Below, piece after piece: positions 40,765 through 51,829 of a DNA stretch of 64,000 bases (the first letter of the stretch is position 1; every line of letters begins with the position of its first letter). The DNA is taken from contig OZ234493.1 in NCBI GenBank assembly GCA_965153455.1, forward strand, positions 7,554,213 to 7,618,212. Reading direction: 5' to 3'. The translations under genes were made by a program, and so were the position numbers. A model generated the notes under the pieces. It made no database searches. It was not told the origin of the DNA and worked only from the letters and a program-made list of their open reading frames with translations. The stretch comes from Sphagnum compactum (Eukaryota).

Positions 40765-43699
40765 GTGCTTTTTCACAATCTAGTAGTGTTGTCCCAATGG
40801 GACCTAGTAATTGGCCATCTTCTTCTATAGGACTCTTCTTGGGGGCTTCCAATATTTTATTTTTCTTTTTGGATGGTGAGCCTCTTTCCTTGGCCTTTCA
40901 CCTAAAAGAAAAGGAAAAAATCACACTCTCAATCAAATTGGGGGGCTACCCATTTCTCATTGACTAGGTGAAAGTTTTTTTGCCATGTCCTTTGTCACTA
41001 GGCATAACTTTAAGAAATATTTGCTAACAACTTGTTCGTTAAATAGTGTTTCTTGAAAATAAAATAAAAATCAAGGTTAATAAATCTTTTACTTTCATGC
41101 ACCCTCCTCAAGAAGAAGAAGAAATAAATCCATATCCATTTGATAAATTTAAAAAAAAAAAAAAACCTAAACTATTAATAATCCTACCTCATTGATAAAT
41201 ATTTCAGATTTACCATGTCTTTACCCTACCTGGTTAAAGTATATATTTGAAGTTTACCCTTACCCAAGCAAGGCTTATTGTTTTTAGGTAGGGAAAAGGA
41301 AAGTATGCCAAAAAAAACCATCTTGTAGCCTTCAAGAGAACATTTTGAGATCATTTTTGTGATACATGTGGTTATGATGGATTTTTACAAAATTATGTGA
41401 TTTTTTGAATGTGTTTTTTTTTTTTTTGGGCATTTTATCTCCAAATCATTACACTATTTACCTTGACAAATTTTTATCACATGGTAGTAAAGGTGTTGTT
41501 GGTTGGTTGGTTTCCAAAGAAAATATTGGTTCTCTTTTCTTGTAAGATGTGTTCATTTTTACAATGCCAAACTAATTATCTTTCTCCACTAGCCAAATGT
41601 TCCATACTTGGACACATATCGTAATTATTGTAGTTTACCCTAAATCTACCCAATTATACATGTAGGATTAAAATAAGGTAAATTATGAAATATTTGCCTT
41701 ACATCTTACCTTGTCTCAAGGCAAATATCCATCATTTGCCCTTTATGTATGCGTTGAAAATCCGCATTTATATGCTCACTTGACTAATATGCTAAAGTTG
41801 ATAGACCTACCCAATAAGTCATTCCTATGAAATAAAAGACTACAATTAATTGTAGTCTTTCACTACAATTAGTGAAAGACTTATTGGGTCTATTAAGTCC
41901 AATAAGGACTTATTCTAGTCTTTCACTTTGGCCTACCTAAATAGGTTTACAAGAGGAAAGAGTAGGACTTTGAGCCAAGAATATGGGATAAAGTGTGATG
42001 CTCTCTTAGGAACGAATTGGTAAACAAAATTGGGAACATATTAAAAAAACTTGATTTTGGCAACACATTGAGAACCTTTTGGGATCATTATATAGAACAC
42101 TAAATTGGTTCGCTAAATTTCCAAAACTTCCAAACCAATTTGGGCCTAGCTATTGGTAGGGGCAAACATTACACAAATACATTGGAAGGAAGACTTTGTT
42201 CAATCCTTTATGTGTGCGTAAAGAGCAATATATATATATATATATATATAATATGCATCCATATTCCTAACCCTTGTCATTAAGCCAAGTAAAAAATGGT
42301 CACAAATAGTGTGAAGAATAGAAACTTCTAAGACCTAATGAGAATGTTGAATATGTTGCCCACGTAAATTAATCCTTTTGAAGTCATATATGATATCTCC
42401 TCGAAGTTAATTGGATTTTAAAGTTACCATACTTATTTCAACATTGATAGTGGGTGAACATAAGTCTCAATGTCTCGACCTCTTAACCTTTTCCATACAA
42501 GAAAAGTAGGGAACATAATTTTCTTCATTGAAAAACAAAAACTTGATAAGATTTCCATCTTTTTACATATTGGCTTTGCCCATAGGGAAAAGACTTCACA
42601 ACGGTGTAGGATCTAGGCATAACATTTGGGCTTTTGAAGTTGACGCAAGTACTTTGTGTGCTTACAATGGGTGGGCACGTTCCATAAAAATACATGTATT
42701 TAGAAGAGAAGTCCTAGATCTAGCAAGAGAAATTTTCATTTTTGAATCAATGTTGGCAAGTTCCTTGTTTATAGTGTTAAACTCAAAGGGTTCAAGTGAC
42801 CCAAAATTGAACTAGCATGGATTTGAAGGAAGTTTCATGATAACCAAACCATGGAACTAGATTTTTAATAGAATTAAAATTGAAATTGGAATTGTGAAAA
42901 ATAACTTTTCAAACCCAGCTCACATTTTCAATGCAATCCCACCTATGCCCTTTATTTGGGTCTTTAGCCATGTTTATCAAATCTAACATAATGTATTAAT
43001 TGTTTCCCAATCCCCACCTTTAAACATGAATACAAAAGAGACAAAATAAAAATAAGAGACAATTTTAATGCAACATGTGAGCCAATTATCATAACAAATC
43101 AATCAAGAACAATCATTTAATTTTTTCTAAAAAATTGTGTAATTTACATGAAATTGGACTTGGTTTTGAATTGTCTTAGAGGTTTTTGAATTTGAAAAAT
43201 TGCGTCAAAACTAAACCCGTAGGATTTAAAAATTTGAAGAACCGCCTTCAAACTTGCACCCAAAGAATGTACCAATATTTTTTTAAATGTCAAAACCAAG
43301 ACAATAGGCTTTGTTATGAAAAAAGAATTGGCCAATAATGGTATGAACTTTGAACCTTCGGGTAGACTTGTTACTCAATCAGTTGTTTGTTATGTTTTGG
43401 TCCAAATAAAACATTATTAATATCTTTACAATTCCATGATTTTTCTTGTTCATATTTCAAATTGAGAATCTTAATCACAACCTTATTATTTACAAATGAT
43501 TTTTTCAATTTAAAATCTTCACATTCTCCATAAAATGAGTTGGAAAATGGAAATAAAATTTAAATTGCGATTAAAAGTATACTTAATATCCTTATATCTA
43601 ATTGGTTGGATATCCAAACTAGAAATCTTGAACTGAAAAACTTATCATATTGTTGTTGGTTCCAAGTTCCAACTAGTGTTTATTTTTGAGCTTGCCACA

Positions 43700-43820
43700 T
43701 TGGGAATCATCCACATGGAGATTTAGCCACATTTAGTTATAGACTAGCAATGAAAATAGAAATTTATTAAAATCCTTTTATATCATGGCTACTTACTTGA
43801 ACAATGTGTAAAAACATGAT
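43700..43820 (+). repeat. Dispersed short repeat family (MITE-like or non-autonomous element remnant), 3 copies in window
   Basis: AATCATYCACAxGRAGATTTAGCCAxATTTxGTTATA...AATCCTTTT...TGGCTAC occurs at about 20562-20635 (+), 43700-43820 (+) and as the reverse complement at about 60235-60372. Confidence 0.7.
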
Positions 43821-46551
43821 GAAATTTTAGAAACTTTAAATCAATTTTGGGCAAAATTTGTTTTAAAAAAAGGAAATATTCAATTACAATTCCAATTGCA
43901 TTGAGCATTTGTGCATAGGTAGGGATGATGAAAAAAATGAGTTAATTTTTTGAAAACTAAGTTCCATTGGAATGAAAATATTAAATGACATTGCATGCCT
44001 GCAACTTAAATTGAATAAAAAATTGAATCGAATAATAAAAATTCAATTATGAAAAGACACATGTTAATCTTGCTTTTTTATATGCATATAAGGGATTGAG
44101 GAAAGGAGTGAGTTAGTTAGGCTTGAAAATCCACATGAAATGTCTTTAATAATTGTCTAGTTGATGATCATATTATTGAACCCTATATTTGACTCACCTA
44201 TACCAACTTCGACTCTCATTGTCATTAGAATTATAAATTGTAAAAAAACAATTATGACAAACCCAACTACCTACTTCCAACAATATATATATATATATAT
44301 ATTTGAAAATATGGTTGACATATTGTCATTTATGACTAGAATTGTTCAAAGAATTTGTATTCAAGATACATTAATGTGTATAAGGTGCTCTCTACATCCA
44401 CTAAGAAATTTCAAAGTGGGTAGGAAATTTCAAACTTCATATAAATTATAAATAAATAAATAAAAATAAAATAAAGGCGTCAAAAGTCCAAAAGGCTTTC
44501 CATGGTTTGTCTTTTTACCCTTATTTTTAATTTAATTATTCATTTTAAAAATAAATTTTTAAAAAAAAAACTTTTTGGTTTGGGGGGTCTCTCTTGACTT
44601 TTCCCTTCCTTCCCCCACTTGCCCACTTCTCCATCTCCAAGTGGCCCTTTGGTTAGGGCCTCCTCAGTTGTTCCCCCCCCCCTCCCACCTCAAGCCCTCC
44701 TTCAGGGAAGGGTCCATTTATAAAGAGGTGTGTCCATTTGTTCTAACTGCAATTGTCTTGAAATTCATATTTTATAAAAAGTAAAAATAAATAAATGAAT
44801 AAATATTAATATTAATATTAAAAATAAATTATATTAAATTATATTACATTATATTATAAATTAATTATATTCATATTTATTCTGGAAGTTGCATCCCAAG
44901 TTCCTGGAAGTTATGTGTAGTATGGAAAGCCCTAGGACAGGGGATTTAGTTATCCAAAATTGCCAAAAATCATGGGACCTGATCAAACCCTAATTTTAAA
45001 CCCTCCTTTTTCCATGATTCTATCACCACTTGGCACTATCTTTTTTTTTTTTTTCTTTTTCTTTTTTTTTCTTTTGGAAAAGGGAAAAAGAAAAAAGAAA
45101 AAAAAAAGAAAAAGAAGAAGGAAAGATGGTGGGCAACACCCACCTCACCTACCTACCCACCTTTAGTTGTATCCCAAATCAAAAAGGAAAAAGAAAAAAG
45201 AATTGTTAAAAAGAAAAGAAAAAGAAAAGAAAAGAAAAGAAAAGAAATTGTTTTAAGTTCTAACTTGTGTTTTTGTTTTTCAATTTTGTGATAATAATAA
45301 TATTGAGAAATTAGAGAATTTATCCAAAAAAATAGAAAAACAAATAGTCAAATTCATAATTGGACTAATTTTTTTACTAAAATTTTTTTGGCAAAAATTT
45401 CCTCAAAATTTTCGATATCAAAATTATTTTTCTTCAGAAACTAAGAAATTATTTTAAATATATTAAGATATTTTTTAAAAAAATACACCCTGGTATTACC
45501 TACGACCTATGCATTTACACTTTGTAGGTACCTATAATGCTGCTGAATTGTGGAGTGGGCGTGTGGTGGCAAAACTGACGGTGGATGGTAGTGACACGTG
45601 ACAAAGGTGGACGGTCGTACATTAACAAGACGATACGTACGTCAGTTTATGGTGATTAAGGAACCAAGGATACTCACCTACCCTATTGTGGCATGTAGCC
45701 ATAATTAGGTTAAATAAACTCAATTCTTGGCGAAAACATTGAGTTTATTTAACCTAGTTATGGCTACTTAGCACAATAGGCACAATGTTTTCGCCAAGAA
45801 AACAAAGCACGAAAACAAGCAACGTCGGAACAAAGGCAAGAAAGGCACATGAAGACGACGACGACGAAGAAGAAAGGAAGAAGAACAAGGGAGGGAATCG
45901 CAGGGAAAAGGAGTTTTTGTTTTGGAATGAGTACTTTGGGAATATCGGTAAAGTGACGGACAGAGTCTTTGAGAATTTTTGCGAATTTTTGGGGATTTTT
46001 CGTGATTTTGTTTTTGCTGTTTTTGCTGGTTTTTTTTGTTTTTTGCTTTTGCGGAGGGGACAACAAGCAGCTGAATTTCCTGCGTAGAAGAAGAAGAAGA
46101 AGAACAAGAGGACGAAGAAGAACAGGGGAGAGATGGGAAATGAGTGAGTGAGTGAGTGAGGAAGTGTGTGTTTTTGTGCTGCATTTCTGTTTTGGTTTTA
46201 TTTCCGGAGTTGACAATGGCTGCAGTGCTGAACTTGGGCGACGGACTTTGAGTGAATTTTCAAAAAGAGACTTGGAAAATTGAGAGAGAGAGAGAGAGAG
46301 ATGAGAATTTGTAGGCTACTGAATTCAACAAATTTTCTGGTGTGTTTTTTTGTTTGACTGAGATAGTAATCCGTGAGAAACGTTGAGATCAAGAGATCGG
46401 AGAGAATACTTGCGATTTCTAACAAGAAAGAAAGAAAGAAAGAAAGAAAGAATTGGTGTTTTGGTTTTTCCCACTGAAGTTGGAAGATCGGCCGCGCTGC
46501 ACTCTCTGAAACTTGTTTTTGGAAACTAAGAAAATTGGACCACAGACAGAC

Positions 46552-46781
46552 ATGCGGAGACAGATAAAAAGACAGACAGACGCAGCAGCAGCAGCAGCAG
46601 CAGAAGAAGAAGAAGAAGAAGAAGAAGAGAGCCCAATAGCGATGATGCTGATGATGAGATGGAAATAATGTGTTGTGATGATGATGTTGGAGCTGCTGTT
46701 GGAGTCAGAGTGCTGTTGGAATTGCTGTGGAGTTCTTCTTCCCTAACTTCGAATGTCCCTCTGAGGGTTTCAACAACATAA
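46552..46781 (+). promoter_or_regulatory. Overlapping uORFs in the probable 5' leader exon of the RIC gene
   Basis: ATG 46552 to TAA 46668 (38 aa, with poly-A and poly-E) and ATG 46659 to TAA 46781 (40 aa), just before the donor TTTAG|GTATGA at 46787. Confidence 0.4.
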
Positions 46782-47084
46782 TTTAGGTATGATCCTTGTT
46801 GGACCTCAGCCAGTATTATCTCTGGTGGATGTATGTGTACATACTGGATTCCTTTCTCAGAAGAACATGCACTGGAGTTTCTATGATACTATTGCATTAG
46901 CAAAAACAAACAATTCCCTATTCCTTCATCTCATGAACAACATCATTTGGTGTGCTTGTTGTGCTTGAGTTGCAGGAAATCTGTGCATCACAAAATTTTC
47001 TGTGGTACTATAAGATTGGTTCACATATGTTTGTTTCAATGTGCTTTTGTTGATGTTCACTACAGCGTACGACTTTGTGGACAA

Positions 47085-50000
47085 ATGGATTATCTGGAAT
47101 GGCCATCAAATTATGTGGTATGCATGTTGTCTCCCTCTTGATCTAGACTTGTTTGTTTCTGCATGAAGGATGATGGCACAGTTAGCAATTTGTTTTGCTC
47201 ATCACTTTCAATGGGGGGACTGAGAGGGATGGATTGACTACATGCTGCTGTTTCAATGTCCCCAATGTCCAAGCTTGGAGCTCAGTGAAAAGAGGTTTTA
47301 GAGTACTCCTCAATTGGGCAACACTTGACTCTGTTGGTCACAAAGAGGGGAAATTGGTCAAGAGGGCAGACTGGTTTGCTTTTAGAATACTAGCCACACT
47401 TTTGATTCTGAAGAGAAGCTCAAGGCATGTATGTATACATAGATTGTGATGACACTGACCTTGTTGCTCACTGTCACACCCAGATAGGTCGTCTGGCCTA
47501 GAGAAGGGAGGTCACTGAGAGCAGCACAAGGACTGTTCAATCTAAGGAGGTAGCGTAGGAATTGAAGGTGAATGTGGGGAACCATATTTTTCCTTGAGAA
47601 GTCTAAACTCTTGCTAGAGTGGGTGAGATGTGCTAGAATTAACTTGCACTATTCGGAGGTTTTCCTGCAGGCAAGGTGTGCAGTGACAATCTATGAGGCA
47701 GCAGGAGGAAGTCTAGGTTGGCACAACAGTGGGACTGTGGGCGAGCTTCACATGCGTCCACTAGGAGATGGAATGATCAACTTCCAGCTTCATGATTTGC
47801 TGGTCTGTCTGCACACTTGTTGTTTTGAGATTGTATTGGTGTATTATTATTACTGTTGTTTTCTGCCACCCACGCATTTCTGTGTTCTGAATTGAGTGCA
47901 AAAACTTGAAAAAACTCCAAGTTTTGTTCCATTTCTGTTACTGTTAGTAAAACCTGGTTATTTTTATCCTGGGTGAGTCTTGGCTTGTGCAATTGCTATA
48001 CAAACCATTTGGATAATATGTCTTCCATATTTGTAGTTCATGTGTAGAGACACTTACTTAGCTGAGTCATGTTTCTAGAAGGTGGCACCCTGAGAGCAGT
48101 CAATTGACAGTTATTTGCAGAATCTATAATGGTTGGAAACAATTGGTGCAGGATGGCCAAATGCTATTTGAGCACACACTGCGGAAGCCAGAGGCCCTCA
48201 CTGTCCCTGTACAGCAATTCTTTGTTATTCGCCAAGATGTATGTCTCTAAACTCCTGTTTCATCCTGGTAAACATCATCATACATACTGAACAAGCAAGA
48301 AACTCATTGCGCACTTGACCTTTATGAATCTCTACCCACTTCTGTGACCTCTACAAATGAAATTTGCCATGTGATATCTATACTATTTGACTGCAGCCCC
48401 AACATCAAACCTGTTATTTGCCATGTAAGGACTTTTAGTTCCTGACTTGGAAATGTATAATGTGCTCTGAATGTTTCTTGCAATCTGCACCTACAATCTA
48501 TTGGGTTTGGTGTGTATAGAATGGCAGCTTTCGAGGATTTGGTTTCTCCAACAAGTCATCTGCACTAGAGATGAAAGATCGAATTGAGAAAGCTGTTCAA
48601 CCATACAGTATTGGGAGCAATCCATTCTGCTCCAATACTGAGCAGCCTATAACAGAATCTTCTAGCAGAAACTCATCTGCAGCTGTGGTGTCATACCGGA
48701 CGGTGCCAAGGCGATCTTCCTCAAGGCGGCTCACTAATAAAGGTGACATAACCCCCATCAGCAACAATTGTCTTCTCATCAACTTGCCTGGTGTCTGAAG
48801 ATATAGGAAGAGGCCTGATGCTCAGACAAAGCAACTTTTATGACCTTTTCTAGATTTGATTGTCTTCACTAGATATCAAGTTGGATATCTTGTTCCTCAG
48901 ATTTGGTCAGTCAATTTTAAGGCAATTGCTTGGGACTCCAACACTCCAAAAGTTACTACTTGTGCAGTCGTTTTTAGCTAACTTCTACCTCTTGTGTACC
49001 TACCAGTTTGAGTTTTTGGATTGTCTTATTGGGTCTAGCGTCTGTCCAGTTTCTCTTCCTAAGTTATCCCTAATAAGGTGGGTTGTAGATGATTGGTTGG
49101 CTCCTGACATCCCTCACCTTTGAAGTTCATGTATCTAGACAAGAACCCTATTGGTGGTGGGATATGTGGTAAATCATTTTGTGAGTTAAATTGTATTTGT
49201 TATGGGTTCTCTTTGCAGTTTCTTGGTTTAGCAATATCCCAAGATTCCAAAGGTTTTAGACGATTGACATTTTGACAAGCATTCAACCAGAGTATGGGTT
49301 GTGGATCAAACTAACATATGATATATATGCTGTTTGTGATACTAATAGTTTGGGTTTGGACAAATTTGAAGTAGGAAATCATCAGATTTAAAGGTTCTTA
49401 TGGGTTTTACTGTGAAGAGTTCTTTGTTGCTCAAATGGAAAGTTTCATTAGTTTGCTGAAAAGAGAAAGGTTACACTTTAAAAAATGATTAAATTAGACC
49501 ATTTCTTCTGGGGTTTTTTGGTTTGTCTCCTTCTCCTTTATGTTTTGTTTCATTTCATTTCTCAGCATCATGGCCGAGTTTTCCCAATTTCTGCTGGTCT
49601 TCCTGCAGAAACTCGCATTGGTTAGTGTTTGACATTAACCTCCATACACTGCCAGGAGCTTATGAAGGCAGTGGGGGATGTTATATTAGGTTGGTCAATA
49701 CCATATATACTGCTGTTGAAGGTTTGAACATGATCATGAATGTTGCTCAAACTGATCTCTTTTATGTTTGATTTTGATTTTGTTTTTTTTTCTCTGTAAT
49801 TTAGGATTTGGCTTAACTCTTTCTCATGTTTACTGAATGCTGATAGGTTGCTGATATCTTGTCATACCTGAAAAACCTCTAACCATATTATTCGGTCACT
49901 GTTCAATTCTTCTGATTGATTAAGAAAGTTCTCAGTACTTCTGAAGATGTTTGAGTTATTCTGATTTGTCACAATTGCTCAAAGCTTGGCCTGCACATCA

Positions 50001-51829
50001 AAATGAGGGAATGGGTCATAATTACACCTTTGAGCTTACACCCACATGTTGTTGCCATTAGGCAATACTGATGCTCAGTATATTTCCACAACTCATGGTC
50101 GTAGAATTTGAACAATATAACTGAGGACTGAGCAGATGCTATTTGTGTCAACCAGGAAGATTAACTGTTTTGGCCAGCACGGGTGTTTGTCTGCAGACCA
50201 GAGAGGTCAACCAGCAACCAACACACTTCCAATTCAGAGGTGTACCCTGTCATCTACTGGTGGACAGCCCAAGAAATCTCGCAGATTATGGAGAGTGGGG
50301 GAGGCAGTGAAAGTGGTCTCTCAGCTATTTGGTACACCTGTGCACACAACTCCCCTCCTCAATCAGCTATATCACATGTTAGTTGGTAATTTGGGCATTC
50401 TTGACATTTTCATACTTTCCTTTTAATTTGTTCTCTCGGATGTTTCCCTGTGTTCAGTTTGGAGAGACAATGACCTTGATATAGGCTACCCAACAGATGT
50501 GAAGCATGTGGCACATATTGGGTGGGATGGCCCCTCCATTGATGGTCCTGGATGGGTATGTGGCCTCTCCCTGTATACCCACAATCTTTTCTATTTTCTA
50601 ATCAGGAGTTGATAACATGCACTTTTTATTTGGCCCAGGCTTAGCTGTGGGCATCCCACTTCTATCCCTTGTGCAACAAATTTTCCTTGTTTGTAATGCT
50701 TGTGTACATATGTATGCATGCAAGAGAATGCAATAGGAGAGAATATGAGTCATGTCAACACTTGCCAACATGGGTCTATCCTGCTAGGGACAGATGCTAT
50801 GAACATTGACTTCCAGGTTTGAAGGATGGTGCTTGATTTGTTAGTCTAATAGTATGCTGGCATTTTCCAGCATTTTGTCCACTTGATATGAACTCCTCAC
50901 AAAGGTACAATGGCATGGCACTTTGGAATCTAATCCTTATTCAGTCAAAACATGAAAATATGTAAAGATGACTTAGCATGCCGAATTCCCATTTGATATA
51001 AAACATAGATGTTTGTTGTAGACACAGCCATATGTGCCCTGCAGCTGCAATGCTGTTATTCTGATGTCAAGATGCCGATCATGGACATTTGGTTGGTGAT
51101 CCAGATGGATGAAGTCAGGCCAGCTCCTAATTTTTCAGCTGCACCCCTCTGTGATTTTGGAGATCCTCATGGACCTGATTGGTTCATTGATGCTTCTTCT
51201 GCTGCCAAATGGTCTGCTTCTTATGGTAAGCAGAGGAACAAATTATCTGTGAACAAATTGGTCTTGCCAAGAATGACGTTGTATCTAATTCAGCTTACAC
51301 AGCAAGACTATTGAAGGAGTGTGTGAGAGTGATTGTGAGTTGTAGAACAGATGATAAAATAGTGTAGAGACAAGGTAGAAAGACTGTCATCAAAGTTCTG
51401 TCAACTAAGTTCAAGGAGTCTGTCTGGATTTCCTCCTTATATAGTGTTGCATGCTCTCTCTGGAGGAACTTTGACACACTGGTCCAAATTTGACCACAAT
51501 CAAAGTATGAGCCATGCAGTTTGCAATGTTTCATTCTGTATAGTTGCATAGGCTGCCAAAGATGCAGAGTTGTGACAGTTCTGAGCGCATTTAAACAAGT
51601 CTTTCAGGGTGGAACATAATATAGTACACTTAATACTTCACTCAAGCACTTTAATGATGTGCATAGTGGGATTGCTTGTCCAGGTTCACCTGAAAATAGA
51701 GGACTACCTCCCACACCACCTGAGGAGTACCTCCAGCAGTTTCCAGAAGGCTCTAGGACTAGTAAACAAAGAGAACAAAAATTACGGCAAAGATCAAAAG
51801 CTGCTTCTCATTGGCCACAAGAACATTGA
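47085..51829 (+). CDS. RIC: RIC-family CRIB-domain ROP effector with a predicted N-terminal WH1/EVH1-like domain, ~324 aa
   Basis: Exons 47085-47117 (start exon, least certain), 47671-47802, 48152-48238, 48520-48742, 50197-50331, 50458-50555, 51105-51225, 51684-51829 (975 nt, all GT-AG, phases consistent). The CRIB motif LDIGYPTDVKHVAHIGWDGP is followed by the RIC-like GPGWMDE. The N-terminal exons resemble WH1. Confidence 0.85.

Noticed and set aside
45754-46216. Several overlapping 100-150 aa ORFs
   Set aside because: These arise from microsatellite-rich, low-complexity promoter/leader sequence of the RIC gene.
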